A stretch of 63,558 nucleotides of DNA, filler included, from Sphacelaria rigidula (Eukaryota): the NCBI GenBank assembly GCA_964200075.2. It is 9 parts of 9 records of this genome, joined end to end, with 100 filler letters (N's around TTAATTAATTAA, not from the genome) between each part and the next. Parts side by side here need not be neighbours in the genome. Positions count along the whole stretch, not along the records: positions 21,223 to 28,196 come from CAXNAA020017133.1; positions 28,297 to 35,270 come from CAXNAA020017134.1; positions 35,371 to 42,343 come from CAXNAA020017135.1; 6 more parts are not named here. One strand, 5' to 3'. This document shows positions 24,804 through 37,667 of the stretch, one piece after another (the first letter of the stretch is position 1; each line of letters starts with the position of its first letter). The translations under genes were made by a program, and so were the position numbers. Under the pieces are notes generated by a model, which did no database searches, was not told the DNA's origin, and worked only from the letters and a program-made list of their open reading frames with translations.

Positions 24804-25110
24804 GTGTCTAAGAATGACCAAATTTTTACCGAACAGGTCCTCTACAAAGAGAAAAATGGATCGGAAGAGGATGCGGTTACCGCAGGCGGTCCTCTAGGCG
24901 GGTGGTGGTCGAAGGCGAAGCGCGTGTATCCCCACGTTATCATCCTAGCCCGCAAGTACCTCGCGGCCCATCATGCTTCATCTGCCGCGTCCGAACGTAT
25001 ATTTTCTGTATAGCCGGACTTGCGGATATTAAAACGCGCAACCGTCTGAGCGGGGAGCGCGTGGCAGACATCGTTTCCCTGCGCGGGAGCATGGAATATA
25101 ACCTCTGGTG
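24804..25110 (+). pseudogene. hAT transposase C-terminal dimerisation-domain remnant
   Basis: PLGGWWSKAKRVYPHVIILARKYLAAHHASSAASERIFS, then a frameshift at ~25010, then AGLADIKTRNRLSGERVADIVSL. This matches the hAT WW...YP.L..LA..YL....SS..SER.FS.AG......RNRL motif. Confidence 0.88.
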
Positions 25111-25544
25111 GAGAGCACTTGTACGGTGCTTTAACATACGAACTACTGATTCACTGTTTAATTTGGGTGCCTTCAGATACTGCTCGTAGGTCACCGGCCA
25201 GAAAGGAAATACAGCAGTTTTTATCTGAAATACAAGATTTTCGTAGTTTTTTCGTAGTCGGGCATATTTGAAAGTATTTTTGCGTGCCATCGCTCAATCT
25301 AGTGAATGTTTGATCCCAAAGATTGGGGATCGGGGGGTACTAGATATTCTCTCCACACTCCAAAATAAGATCACATCGGCGCTAATTATTGAACGACTTA
25401 CGTATTAACCGGCTTTCGGGGTCCTGACACTACCCAACCCCAGGTTCTGATCCTTGCGTATTTGTCCTTCATTGGAGCAATCCTGATCGTTTTCGTGAAG
25501 AAATGACAGTAATATTTTTGTATTCTTCAACTATTTATTGCGGT

Positions 25545-25765
25545 GTGTTGTGTGTGCGTTGTCGTCACATCTTGTCTGGACGCCGGTGTAGAACTTTCGG
25601 TATATGTGGGCAAACCAGCCGGGGTCACTACGGAGGAAGGTCACACCAGGAGGGGTTTTTTAGTACTCCACCTTTCTTCTGCGGTGCTTGCCTTTTATTT
25701 TTTATCGCGAGAGGGGTTCAGCACTCCCTTTCCCTCGTCGACCGTGAAGTCGAATTTTGCGCTAG
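25545..25765 (-). mobile_element. Retroposon 3' end, family C, with (CA)n tail; copies at 5935-6038, 33725-33945, 34020-34048, 37740-37990, 42444-42510
   Basis: Shared sequence ...CCACATATACCGAAAGGTGTAGAC...CCAGAATAAATGGGAYGAC(AC)n and GACCTTCCTCCTGTGTGACCCC in five contigs. Confidence 0.8.
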
Positions 25766-26966
25766 AGTCGAAAAACTGTTTTTTTTGGACCAGTGACGGT
25801 CGAGAGAGCACCCCTGATGAACACGGTACTTACTCCCGATTACCCCGACTATACTAATTGAGGATTGTGTTCTGAGTACGATCCGCTCCTCTCCCCAATA
25901 CATCTGTCGACGCTAGGACTTGTAAGCGTCGAGGGCGGATACTACACGAAAAAATTCAGAAAAATACCCAAGAACAAAAATTGTCAAACCGAGCTCTGCA
26001 TAGCACAGGCGGGGGTGAATCCATTCCGATCACTGTCATGAATGATTTCACGGGCCGTTTTTTCTTCCTGTTCAAGGCGCTAGAGCCGAAAGAGATGTGT
26101 TTTGGGCCCAAAACGGTCGATAACACCTCCTGTCAATTCAGCTCGGAAGTCGTTCGACATTCAACCCAGAGACGATTTTTGTCGGAATATGGAGCGGAGG
26201 CCTAGTATTGTTTCTCCCCACTTCAAAACATTGGGGTCAATCGCTCGCTGGGATGAGTGGTAGCACGCGAAAAATCAATTGAAAATTGCCGACGACGAAA
26301 AAAATGCAAAAATCTAGTATTTCACATGAAAAATAGAACGGTATATGATATTTTGGCGTGCGTGGCTGTCATGAACGGTGCGGGTGTTTTAATTTCTGAC
26401 GACCGTGTATGGTAAGTGGACAGGACGGTACCTTACCTGTTCATCCGTCGCACCCACAAGGCAATGTACCACTGTATATCGCCATGTACAATGATGAGGG
26501 ATATTTCAGCACCATACAAGTGGACTGGTGCATGTTGTCTTGAGTAAACGTCTTACTACAACATTATAGGTGGTGTCTACTGATACGGCTGTAGTGATAC
26601 AAAAACAATGCTTGTGGCGTGCGCGTGTGCAGTGAACCGATGCACCATGAAATATCAACCCAGTGAGGCGTATTTGCTGCTCTGACACTTGAAAAAGATC
26701 AACAATCGTTATCACACCTTACAGAACTTGCAGGAATAGCACACATGTTCTGCATACTCTTTTGTGGCTGAAGTTGTAATTGTTTTGTGTTTGATTGTGT
26801 GTTCGGTTAGTTGGTTGTTTTTTTGTGTTCGGACGAGGAGAGGACAATAGCAATGTAACCGACTATAGATAATCATAATATGATTATTGGGTTGGAAATG
26901 GGTTAGGGTATAGATTCTCTTTGGGTTGGGGTTTGGATTATTGTTTTTAGAACAAGGGGGAAAAAA

Positions 26967-28196
26967 TGTTTGCCTTAGTCGTTTGACCGTTGACCACGCA
27001 TCCCTTTCGAGACGGAGCACCGTTCCTACTCCTAATAAAGACACCTCCAACAGTTCGACGCTCATTACGTTTCTTCCATACACTACACAAGAAGCTTTTA
27101 CATCTTTTATCCCCGTCCTGTTTTGCCGTCTGTGGTCACCATATCTCTCCTAGTATTGTATAGCCATCGTTTTTTCCCTACTGTCTAATGCATCAAACGA
27201 TTTCATGCCACCTTCGTTCACGCCCCGCATTTCCCCCTCTAGCACGTCCCGCTCCTCCTTGCATAGTTCACACTCTGCCACTATATGACTTCTGCTCTCT
27301 ATTGCTTCGCCACAGGGGCAATTCTGTGCATCTGCTTGCTCCTCCACTCGACGACTGGTGAGTCTCCTTCTTCTTTCTGGCAGGTCCAGGTCCCCCACCC
27401 GGAATCGCAGTTTCAGATTTTTCGCAGCATCCATTGGGCCATGCAAATCTTCTTTCATCCTCCCTCTCTCAATCCCCCGTATATCTCCAGGTGTTTTCCC
27501 TCGTCTACTCGCGTCTGAGCGCTCCTTTTCCTCTTATTTCTATCATGTATCTTACTTTTGTCTTGCACCCCGCGCCTTCACCTGTGGACAGTATTTCGTC
27601 TTTCGTCTTTCTCGACTTCTCTATCCCACCTGATTCCAGCAAGCTCTTCCGTACTTTTCTTCCATACAGCCCTATCGGCCATAGCTGGCAATGATTTTCT
27701 CTGCATGTTCTTAACGCTATATTGCCATCTCAATTTTTTCATGTCTCTGTTTGTTATAAGTGAATACATCCCCAACTCTGCTCTCAAAACTGTATTGCTC
27801 GTCGTTTTCGAGCATCCAAGTATCTTCTTGGCTGCTGCCATCTGTACTGTCTCCAACTTCTCCACCAACTTCACGTTCCCCTCCCATACTTCTCCTGCAT
27901 ATTCCAGCTTTGGTACGATTACATTCATCAGGATACACCTCTTAATCTGTCGTGGTGCGGGTCTCTGAGGATCACGTCCAACCTGCCTATCTGTGCCATA
28001 CTCTTCTCTATTACTTTGTTTATGCCTGCATCCCAAGAACAGTTTATTGAAATCTCTACGCCAAGGTATGTATACTGGTGTACGATCGTCATTTCCTCTT
28101 CTCCCCACTTCCGTTTGAACTCTACCGGATTTTTCTTATTTTCGTTACAGACGAGTACCGCGCATTTGTTGATGTTCGCCGTCACTCTCCATTTCC
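26967..28196 (-). mobile_element. Degenerate LINE (family A): RT C-terminus, thumb, Cys/His zinc motif and 3' UTR; truncated by the contig end
   Basis: ANINKCAVL...YTYLGVEI, VPKLEYAGEVW...LETVQMAAAKKILG...VLRAELG, CPCGEAIESRSHIVAEC, split over frameshifted ORFs. Confidence 0.92.
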
Positions 28197-28501
28197 NNNN
28201 NNNNNNNNNNNNNNNNNNNNNNNNNNNNNNNNNNNNNNNNTTAATTAATTAANNNNNNNNNNNNNNNNNNNNNNNNNNNNNNNNNNNNNNNNNNNNGGGT
28301 GTGTGGCGTGTGGGGCGGGGGGGCGGGGGTGGGGGTCGTACTCATTTGTTGCTTGCCTTAGTCATTTGACCATTGACCACGCATCCCTTTCGAGACGGAG
28401 CAAGAGAGAAAATGGGGGGGGCAGGGTCTATTCGTTACACGTCCCCGTCATGCAGACAAGCACCCACCCCCCTCCTTCCTGCCCGCCGTTCCTGAATGCA
28501 G

Positions 28502-29016
28502 GTTTGCGTCATGCAAACAAATCTGTGGGCCCGAGGAGGTTCATGGAGAAGGTATGCCCGGATGCCATCAGGGACGAGGAGTTCTACTCGGCTGAGGGAA
28601 ATGCGGTGGACTTCCCGTGCGAGTTACACAAGACCCCACCACCTGACGCTCTCGCAGGTGGCGAGGCGGGAGTCGTGGAATATCACCGGAGGAAAATCAT
28701 CGCAAACTGCGCCCATGGCGCTAGGATGGTGGTCATCTGCTGCGACCGGTGTGACCTCGTGCCGCCCATAAAAACGCATGAACATGCAGGGCGACAGGCC
28801 AAGGTAAAAAAGTGCGATCGCGTGTTCAATGCGACTTGCACGGACGGGCTACCTGACGGGTTGGAATTTCAGTCATACATCAGGGCGGCGGACAATCACT
28901 CTGATATGGCTCAAGCGATCTGCGAAAGCACACTCGGTGACACGCAAGCGTTTATGGCGACCGACGCCAAGGTATTTTTTACGGCGTCGAGGCGACCGCT
29001 ACCTGCCCGGATGTGA
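28502..29016 (+). CDS. Exon/ORF resembling the N-terminal half of a FEN1/XPG-like PIN-fold nuclease, probably TE- or virus-derived
   Basis: TGCAG acceptor at 28501, then AVDFPCELH...VVICCDRCDLVPPIKTHEHAGR...LPDGLEFQSYIRAADNHSDMAQAIC. The pattern resembles vD...vvfD..P..K..E...R. Recognised by eye only. Confidence 0.4.
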
Positions 29017-31379
29017 GGAGTCCGCGCCACCTCCGTTCTCCCGTCTCCTGTGACGCGACGGAGACGGCAAACCGTGCTCACCGCGCGTATCCCGTTCGTG
29101 ATCAGGTGTTGGCAGTCACTCGTAACGTGGGAGGTGGGGAATAGCGGAGCGTCACGCCGGCGATGAAGCGAGAGTAGAGCGCTACTAGGTTTCAGGGCAG
29201 GGTTGGTGAAGTTGCCGGGGGTTATGTATGCCGTAAATATGGAGCTGACAGCATTGCAGACTGTACCATTGTGAAATTGAAAGACGGGGTGTGTCTACCA
29301 AACGCAGGGTGACTAGTGTGCGATGAGGGTCGGAATTTCGTGTTGCCTACCCGTAACCAGACGCTGATCCGCAGGCCAACTATAGGGGAGGCACTACATG
29401 CCGCTGAAGGCGTCGCGATCGCGGAACGGTAGTGTTGCAAACAAAATGTCTGCATCGTCCCGGTTATCGGTCACAATGCCCCTGAAATGTTTGCCCCGCG
29501 TGGGTGTTGTGCGTGCCCGCCGCGCCGGCGCCCGCTGTCTATTTCAAATCTGTTTTCTGCAGCGATTCTTCCACACGGTGGGCCTCGGTCTAATACTGTA
29601 AAGTACCGTCCGGGAGTCCACAGTTAAAATTGTGCAGGAAGTTTTCCCCGTGTCTGGGATATCTCCGTCGGTGGCGAGCGGTGGTTGGCCCAGGCGGGGA
29701 TGTCTTCACTGTTCGATGCAGTCTAGAGGAAGTCGTTTTAGAGGAAAACACTTACGCGCCTATTTTTGGTTACAGCGGGAGAAATGGACCGAAATGGTCG
29801 CATGCTAGCAAATCCTGAGGGCTATACCACCGCAGGGATGCTTGTTTCAATGTCCTGAGCCTCTTTGCCGTAGGACTCTCCATCCCAAACATGTTGTGGG
29901 CGAGCCTTAGTGTTCAGCCTCAGGAATATTTGGAACTGAAATGTGCACCCCTACCGTCGCTTGACTCGTAAGAAAATCATTTCCTGGATGACGCTCGCAC
30001 AGCCGTATGCAACAGCCGGAGGAAAATGCTGTAGCACACCCCCACCTCCTCCCCGCCCCCCGCGTCATATAGGGAAATATTGTCGCGATGTTGCTACTTC
30101 ACCATCCCATGGCTAGCAAGGCATTTTTTTTATTGATGAAACGTGATCAAGGTCGAGATGCCCCTTCGAGCTTTGTAAGAGACGGTAATATCGTTTCCTT
30201 CATACTTTGCCACCGGGGCTTTTCAAAACCCGGAGAGGGACGTGGGCGGTCAGGTGGAAGCGCACGACAGCATGGCAGAGGGCGAAAAGCACACACCAAA
30301 GAACAGAGCCACCAAGTAGTCTGTCTTCAAAACAGAGAAACTGCCGCCCGCCCGCCCCCACACCTCGAGTCCACGACACAGTTTTTCACAGTCAGTCAAA
30401 CATATACATTGCTGCTGCCGGGTGGATGCTGTAGGTTGCGTGCATTATTGTCCACGGTCTCATGGGGAAGATGAGGTGCCGCGACTTCATGTTCCGCACG
30501 CAGCCCGAGAGAGCGCTTGCGGGCCCCTGCACATGGATGGATATCACTGAGACGGGACAGTCAGAGTGTAGATACGACGGCTGCATGCTTTCTGTTCCCC
30601 TACGCGGAATATGCGGCGCAATCGTTCCCGCCGTATCTTCACTGGCCGACTGCTATTATTTTGCCGTTTTTTACTGAAAACTTGGTTGTGAAGTTCTCCC
30701 CCCAGGTTGTAAGACCCCACGTGAAACTTGGCACACGAGTTGGGTATGATGCGCTCTGCTTGTACACCAAGCGGGGGCACGTTTCGTCGCGGCGCGAATA
30801 TTAGCACGGTGGTGAAAGATGTTTCCGTAATACAGACCATACGCCCTCCACACGGCCCACCCGGGGCGGAAACTTCGTATACCGACTCTTGTGACACACT
30901 TTGATGCACCGGTGCACTGACATCCACATCATGAGTCCTTTGACGGCTGTAGCAAGGGGACACAAACATCGACCTCTACTGGGACGCCCGCTGGAAAATG
31001 ACAATAACTGCGAAACCCAGTCCCACACTGTCTGCAGAGGACCTGAGGTGCGGAGGAATTTCCATACGTGCGCTGTGGGTGCTTTCACGCGCTGAAACTT
31101 TGGCCACATGACCTGTGAAGCACAGCCAACAAGCCCATATCGTTCCATCTCCGCTTGCGTGGTGCAGCGCCGCAGCCGGGGGCGACAAAAGGGTCAGATT
31201 CTGTTCCGAAACATTTTTTTTTTTCTATGCGCGCAAGACTGTACTATAGGTTATTTTGGCCAGAGTGTCAACAGATTACCAATTGATCGGAAACAAGGGC
31301 TGTAACTTGGTTTGAGTGTGAACACCGATATTCGGATTTTCAACATGCTGACAGCCCCGGGCTTCGGACATTTGCTTTC

Positions 31380-31455
31380 GTTGACAAAGCCAATGACCAC
31401 CGAGCTACTCAGTCAGCCCTGACTGAGTAGCTCAGTTGCCATTGGCTTTGTCAAC
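31380..31455. repeat. 76-nt near-perfect hairpin
   Basis: Arms GTTGACAAAGCCAATG / CATTGGCTTTGTCAAC and GAGCTACTCAGTCA / TGACTGAGTAGCTC. Confidence 0.9.
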
Positions 31456-32779
31456 AAGAAGCTAATAATGTTTGGAGTTCGATCCGCACACGTGACATGA
31501 TTTTCTTGGCCAATTGATCACAGGCAGAAAATTGCCGATAACCCTCCTTGCGGACCTCGAATGGATAACCTTCCGGTTGTGTAGTCCGATGGTTATGTTT
31601 TCGCTCGGGTGACCAGCGTTGATTACAGGGATGGCAACCCTGGGGTGAATCCAATTTTGTGGCCCATCAGCTAGACGGACTTCGGACATTAGCTTTACTG
31701 GAACAGGCCAACGACCACTGAGCTACTCCGTTAGCGCTGACTGAGTACACGCGTTTTGTCCAAAATCGGCGTCACAGGCGCCGATTCGAGGTCTGCAACG
31801 CACACATTGCCCAGGACACCGTCTGCACTCCCCATGCCCGAGGGCTCTCCAATGCCTTGGTCAGGGTTAGGGATAGGATTAGCGTTAGGGTTGTCGGCAC
31901 CTCATTCATGTTACCAACCATTATTTTCCGACCATTTCGCAGTCAGCCCTCCAGAGCATTGCTGTGTTTGTCGTGCCCCTAATCACCAATCACCCTGTGG
32001 GTGGACGTGAGCCGCGAATGTCACGCCCAATTTCAAGAGTTGGGAGCCGAAATTTCACAAGCGCCTAGACACGAATAGAGAATTTCCACAAACGCTTCCA
32101 GATTTTGTTTTCATCGAGATAGTTCCACATATATATGTCTCAATCTCTTTTGCTGTCGTGGGGTTAGGGATAGGGTTAGGATTAACTCGGTGCTAAATGG
32201 ACGACTCTTCAACATACCCGTACGTCGGGTATACTCTATCTGACACGCCGTTGTGATGATCTAATGAGACCCGGTGTCGCAGAAGGCGATTTGGACCACT
32301 TGAGATAGAATCCAACACTCCCACTCGACGCACACACCCGAGCAGAAATGAAACCAAAATCAAGAACGAAAGGCCGCCAACCATAGCAATAAATTTCGTG
32401 GGGTTTCACCCCTGTGCCTATGCTAGGTGAATCACCCCACTACCCCACCCGGAACATATTGAGGTTTCAATAGCAAGGTACACCCCCAACGTACGCAGAC
32501 ACGGAAGAGGCAGGTAGATACACGAATATACTGTACGTGAAAACACCACACCACACCAGGTAAGTGATGCATAGAGTGGAAGGGATTAGCACAGAAAAGA
32601 AAGATGAGAGAGGATGGTGGGTACTTTTGCCCCCCCCGCAAGAGTAGGTTGGGTACATAGTATTATAGTCCGCACTTTGCTTAGCTTTAGGGCCGCCAGT
32701 ACCCGAAACACTGTATCGAACTCGCAACAATACCGCCGCGTGGCATGGCCCTCGCTCGTCTGCCATACAGGTACACTCA

Positions 32780-33620
32780 GGCCGTGCCTTGTGAGAACGT
32801 TTGCGACTCGAACGTGTTTGCGCGGCGGAATCGGTTCATTTCGTTTTGCTGTGTCTGGATCCGAGCAAAATTTGAACGCTTTGGATCGAAGAAAGCGGAG
32901 CGAAAAGAGTGAAGCCGTACTTGTTCACTTGTATTCAATACAGGCGGTGCGGATAGTACAGTACACTGCTGCCTGTATTGTCTGCACAGTATATATGTTT
33001 CGTACACCATGCAAGCGCAATGTACGAAAGAAGCTGGCAACGCCACACATGACCTGCCTCCACTCGTTGCATGCGGGAGGATGTGAAGATTTGAACCGCG
33101 TGCAGTTTTGTACTGCCTCTACTGTCCATGAGCGCAGTTCGGTCGCCCACCCCGACACGAAACCCCGCCAGTGGACCCTACCACAAAATTAGACGCCGAA
33201 GTTTTTGCCGACAAAATACAAACATGTCATGCCAAGAGGATTGTGGTGTCGATTCCCTATTACTGCAGTGTATGTATCCATGTGGTCAGGTCTTGATCTA
33301 TGCTAAAGGGTTGAGTCGGAAGCTGCGAACGAACCATGTTGGTGGGGTTTGCAAAAATTCTTAGAAAGGGTAGTATTTGGCATGATTATCTGCAACGTTG
33401 AAGTCATGTGCCCCTTCGTTCATTCCCGCCGCTCGTTTCGCTCGATAAAGCGCACCCTTTCTGTTTTTTACCCTGCCTGCCGCGCACAGATAATATTGAA
33501 AATGGGCTTGAAGACACCTGGGAACATAAACGCCGCGGACATATCAGATACGAGCTCATTACGGCCAATTCGATTCGACCGCATGTTTTCGAGTCGAGAA
33601 AAAATGATGAGACACGGCCC
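32780..33620. mobile_element. Diverged, expanded copy of the Harbinger-like MITE at 56735-56924
   Basis: Left end GGCCGTGCCTTGTGAG...GACTCGAA and right end TTCGAGTCGAG...GATGAGACACGGCC are homologous to the 56735 TIRs. Confidence 0.5.
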
Positions 33621-35201
33621 TCATAGCCATACAGATGCGACCTATATTCCAGACGTCGACAGAAAATCTTGTGCACCGTCGAAGCTGGCGCCCGCAACTA
33701 GAGCCAAAACATGTGTCTCTTTCTTGTGTGTGTTGGGTTGTCATGCAATCTATTCTGGGCGCCAGTCCACACCTTTCGATGTACGCGGGCGATTCAGGCG
33801 AGGTCACACAGGGAAAGGGGCAACACAAAAGTTTCAACCTTTTTACTTGTTTCACTTCTCGAGCTTCCTTCTGGGGTGCTTGCCTTATTTTTTTGACCGT
33901 GAGAGGGGTTCAGTGGTCCCTGCGTCTCGTCGACCGTCAAGGCGAATATTCTCCACCGGAAAAATTGCGCCAATCGTGACCCTTACTCGGACCCTAGCAT
34001 CATCCTTAACCAAGGCATAAATAATAAATGGGACGACAACACACACAAAGGGAACCCTCGGACAAGAGGAATGTGTTCACCAGGCGAATAGTTTGCCCAT
34101 TGAACCAGTGAGCGCTGACTTGTCCGATGGGTATACTGTTCGCTTCCTGGACAAAAGATCTGTTGTTCGAGTCCCGGCATGATCGATTGTGAAAGGAATG
34201 GGTTTAACATGTGAACAGTGAGACTTTCCCCGGGCTAAGTGTGGCGTGGGGAGACATCAATTCGGCGCCAATTTGAACAAGAGCGCGTTTTGTGCATGCT
34301 GCTGGTATAAGAACTTGGGACATTTGGTGCAAACCAAGTGAGGAAATTGCGCGACAGTTTCCTTTCAACAAGGAAATGTATCAGTATTACCTACCGGCAA
34401 CGTGAGTCCCGATAGACTACAGAAGGCCAGCTAGCACGCTGTATCATCCACGCACCGTACGCGAACACGAGAGCAAACCTGGGAAAGAAAATGCGCAGCA
34501 CGTGCTAACCTCGCATATTGGACAACATGTCACGTTAGATAGTGCCCTGTGTGCGCCTACACTCGACCCCGAGACACGTACAACATGAGGCTTACACTCA
34601 CGTTCAGTGAATAAGTTATGTAGCTCACGAAGAAAGCCACAAGATAGTAGGCTGATAGCGCCCTGTTCCACCTGTCGAAGGCCACTGCTGCTACTTTGTT
34701 GTCCTGGGACAAACTCGAAACTCAGCCGCTGGGCTAGTGGTACGCTGAGTACAGTGTCACGTTTTTCACCACCACCCCGGAAACGTGGACTCCACGGGGT
34801 GAAAGAAGTGGACACAGCACAAAAACGTAATGATGCTGATATGCAGCCGGAGTATATGTCTGCAGCTATGTTCTTAATGCAGTTTAACGCTATTACACCC
34901 AGAACAGCGCACAGACCAGCCCCGGATGCCCCTCAAAAACGTTTTTACTATTTGTACAATCGATATGTCATTTTCCAAAATGCCCCGCGCACACGCGATC
35001 GCACATTACTGACATTGGACGGATGTCTGTGAACCGATACTCTAAAGGCGGGCACATGTAGCTACCAGCCGTAGTTTAAACCCAAAATCGCATCGATCAA
35101 CTGTCGACATAGCGAATAATATGCGGCAGATGCCCTTTGCTTTAACTCAATATTTCGTTTAATCGCACGGGTCTGCGCCGCTACAACCTCGGCCTGTGTT
35201 A

Positions 35202-35252
<51 letters not shown>
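35202..35252. repeat. (GTT)n microsatellite, probably the tail of a retroposon at the contig end
   Basis: Tandem repeat followed by GTCTTCACATTAAA and the contig break. Confidence 0.9.
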
Positions 35253-35479
35253 CTTCACATTAAAAAAACGNNNNNNNNNNNNNNNNNNNNNNNNNNNNNN
35301 NNNNNNNNNNNNNNTTAATTAATTAANNNNNNNNNNNNNNNNNNNNNNNNNNNNNNNNNNNNNNNNNNNNTGAACCCGAACATCAGGCGCTATATGACCA
35401 TTTTTTTCGCGACACTTTTAGCTGGTTTTGGGGGGGGGGGCTATCGTAGAAAGTGTCTCATGCCAACTTTTCCACGATC

Positions 35480-35695
35480 TTGAAGACTTGTGGTTCGGGA
35501 TTGACATCCAGCGAAAAAAGGCCAGTTTGAGCGACTTTCGGTGGCCAGAACACGCGCCAAAGGTATCAAATGGCGCCAAAACCTGAACGGTAATGTACCG
35601 CTGAGCCTTCTCAGAGCGCCGCAATAGGACACGTGGGAAAAAATGCCTTGCCGCCAGAGAAAACTCGGCAAAAGTGGTCAAATGATACATGTACA
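35480..35695. repeat. Dispersed ~220-bp repeat, second direct copy at ~37275-37495
   Basis: Shared CCAGAACACGCGCCA...ATGCCTTGCCGCCAGAGAAAACTCGGCAAAAGTGGT...TACATGTACA. Confidence 0.85.
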
Positions 35696-36690
35696 TAATA
35701 TACACTGCGCGTTGAAGCACTGACAGCGCTTGCACAACCGTGCCTCCTGAAGTGAGTACCTCTACAGGCGATACCCAGATAGGTATCGCGTAGAATGACA
35801 TAATCCAGAGTGTACCCAATACGGATCGATGCTTGTTTATCGGGACAGGAGCCACCCAGTAGGTCATGATGTGGAAGTGAGCGCATCTGCGTGTCCACAT
35901 ATAACAGTATATTCGTGAGATTCAGAGTGTCACATCGGATTCAGAGTGAGACCCGAAACAATCGACTTTCCCGTCGATTTTGACATCGCCACAGTTCGAG
36001 GAGTGATGCGCTCAGCTGGTGAAGCGGTGGCTTCAATGAAAGCTCTCACCTACACGATCAACTTGACATCACTTGATCGCAACGACGTAGTCAGTCCATT
36101 GCAACAAAGAATCCCCTCTTTCGGGAAAAAACGATGAGTGCCTGAAACAGTTTCAGTTCCGAAATGCCCCCCAGGCGTAAAACTGCTTCGTGCGGTTTCT
36201 CACCAACCATATCGCCGAATTCCTCGAATGGGGTACTATACGGTAGCTGCATGCACAAGACGTGTGCTCAAGCAAAAACAAACAAAAAAAAGTCGCCTGT
36301 TAGAAATGCTAGAGCATCCACTCTGAATCCGATATTACGCTCTGAATCTCACGAATATGTTGTCATATGCATTCACTGACGCATCACACAGTCTGGGCCG
36401 AGGGGAGTCCGTTTTGAGGGCGTATCGATGGCATTGCCCAGAATCCGTATTCATTTCGTGCGTGTGGCGCATCACGTAAAAAGTGCCGCCGATGCGGGAA
36501 TATGCTGTCTGTGTTGTGGTCTATCTCTGTGCCAATTTTCAGGCTGGTTCGTTCAGACATGGTGGAGAAATCCACAAGCAAAGTAACGCTTGACTTGTAC
36601 TGAAAATACAGTACTAAGCCGTCGAAAGATACATGAGGTGCGTACTCGTATGACTCTCCCTGTCATCCCTGTCACAAGGACAAACCTGTC

Positions 36691-36900
36691 TGTAATGCGT
36701 GAGAGGACCGCGTGCTCAGAGGACCGCGCCGTAGTTCAAAACACCTCAGGATCGACGTTTTTCAAAACCAATCGGGCCAGTCCCTGCAGGTACTACGCCC
36801 CTGACCATAACCTCGATACTAACCCTCACCCTAACCCTAAGCATAGAGATATTCGAATTCCGATGCGGTCCTCTAAGCACGCGGTCCTCCCACGCATTCA
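36691..36900 (+). mobile_element. Telomere-repeat MITE (family T1), copy 1
   Basis: ~37-bp TIRs TGTAATGCGTGAGAGGACCGCGTGCTYAGAGGACCGC with internal AACCCTCACCCTAACCCTAA. Confidence 0.9.
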
Positions 36901-37560
36901 ACTTAACTGTCAACCCCACCACAAGATATCCCTGCGCCTGTACTTCACAGGTTCATCCTACGGGTTGCATGATCACAGGGATTTCGGAACCGCCCTTCGC
37001 TGGTCAATACAGGCGGCCCACAGTGGGGACGTTTGCCCACGTGTGTGCCTTGTTCACCTCGGCGAAGGCTCACCGCAGGGTCTGGTGTTTGCTGCTGACC
37101 AAGGCCAAGGCAATGCTCAATTGTTTTCAACTGCATTGCTCTCATGTTCTCGTGGCGGCATGGGCGGTGTAATCGTGCTCCCAATGAACGAGAACCCGAC
37201 GAAGAGAAACACGGGGGGAAATACCTCACCAACCATCATCCTGCTGCTTGAAGTTTTTCGTGAACTTGGGGAGGCTTTTGTTGTTCGGGATCGACACCCC
37301 GCGAAAAAAAGCCAGTGCAGGCGACTTTCGATTACCAGAACACGCGCCACAGGTATCAGATGACACTCAAACCTGGAAGGTAACGTACCGCTGCGCCTCC
37401 TTCGTGCACTGCAAAAGGAAGCGCGTGGTAAGATGCCTTGCCGCCAGAGAAAACTCGGCAAAAGTGGTGAAAAAAGTGAAATCATACATGTACATATATA
37501 TGTTGCTACAAACGCGATCACCCTCTTGCCTATTACTTACTCGAGTGCGCGGGCGCTCAC

Positions 37561-37667
37561 CGTGTCCTAAGGCTCTCCGCGTAGACGTTGAGATCAGCCA
37601 GGGCTTTCTGATTTTTCAGCAAGTCGCCCCGCAGGTCGTCGCCTTCCCTTTGGCTAATGGCCAATTC
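37561..37667 (-). CDS. Candidate internal exon of a coiled-coil protein
   Basis: GCAG|ELAISQREGDDLRGDLLKNQKALADLNVYAESLRT|GTGAGC: good splice signals and heptad-like composition; family not recognised. Confidence 0.4.

Noticed and set aside
32614-34020. 192-aa and 223-aa ORFs
   Set aside because: They run through MITE and retroposon repeats and show no recognisable domain.
34112-34180. tRNA-like sequence with GTTCGAGTCCC B-box
   Set aside because: No consistent cloverleaf; at most a decayed SINE head.
36590-37363. 257-aa ORF
   Set aside because: Chance open frame across T1 MITE and another repeat.
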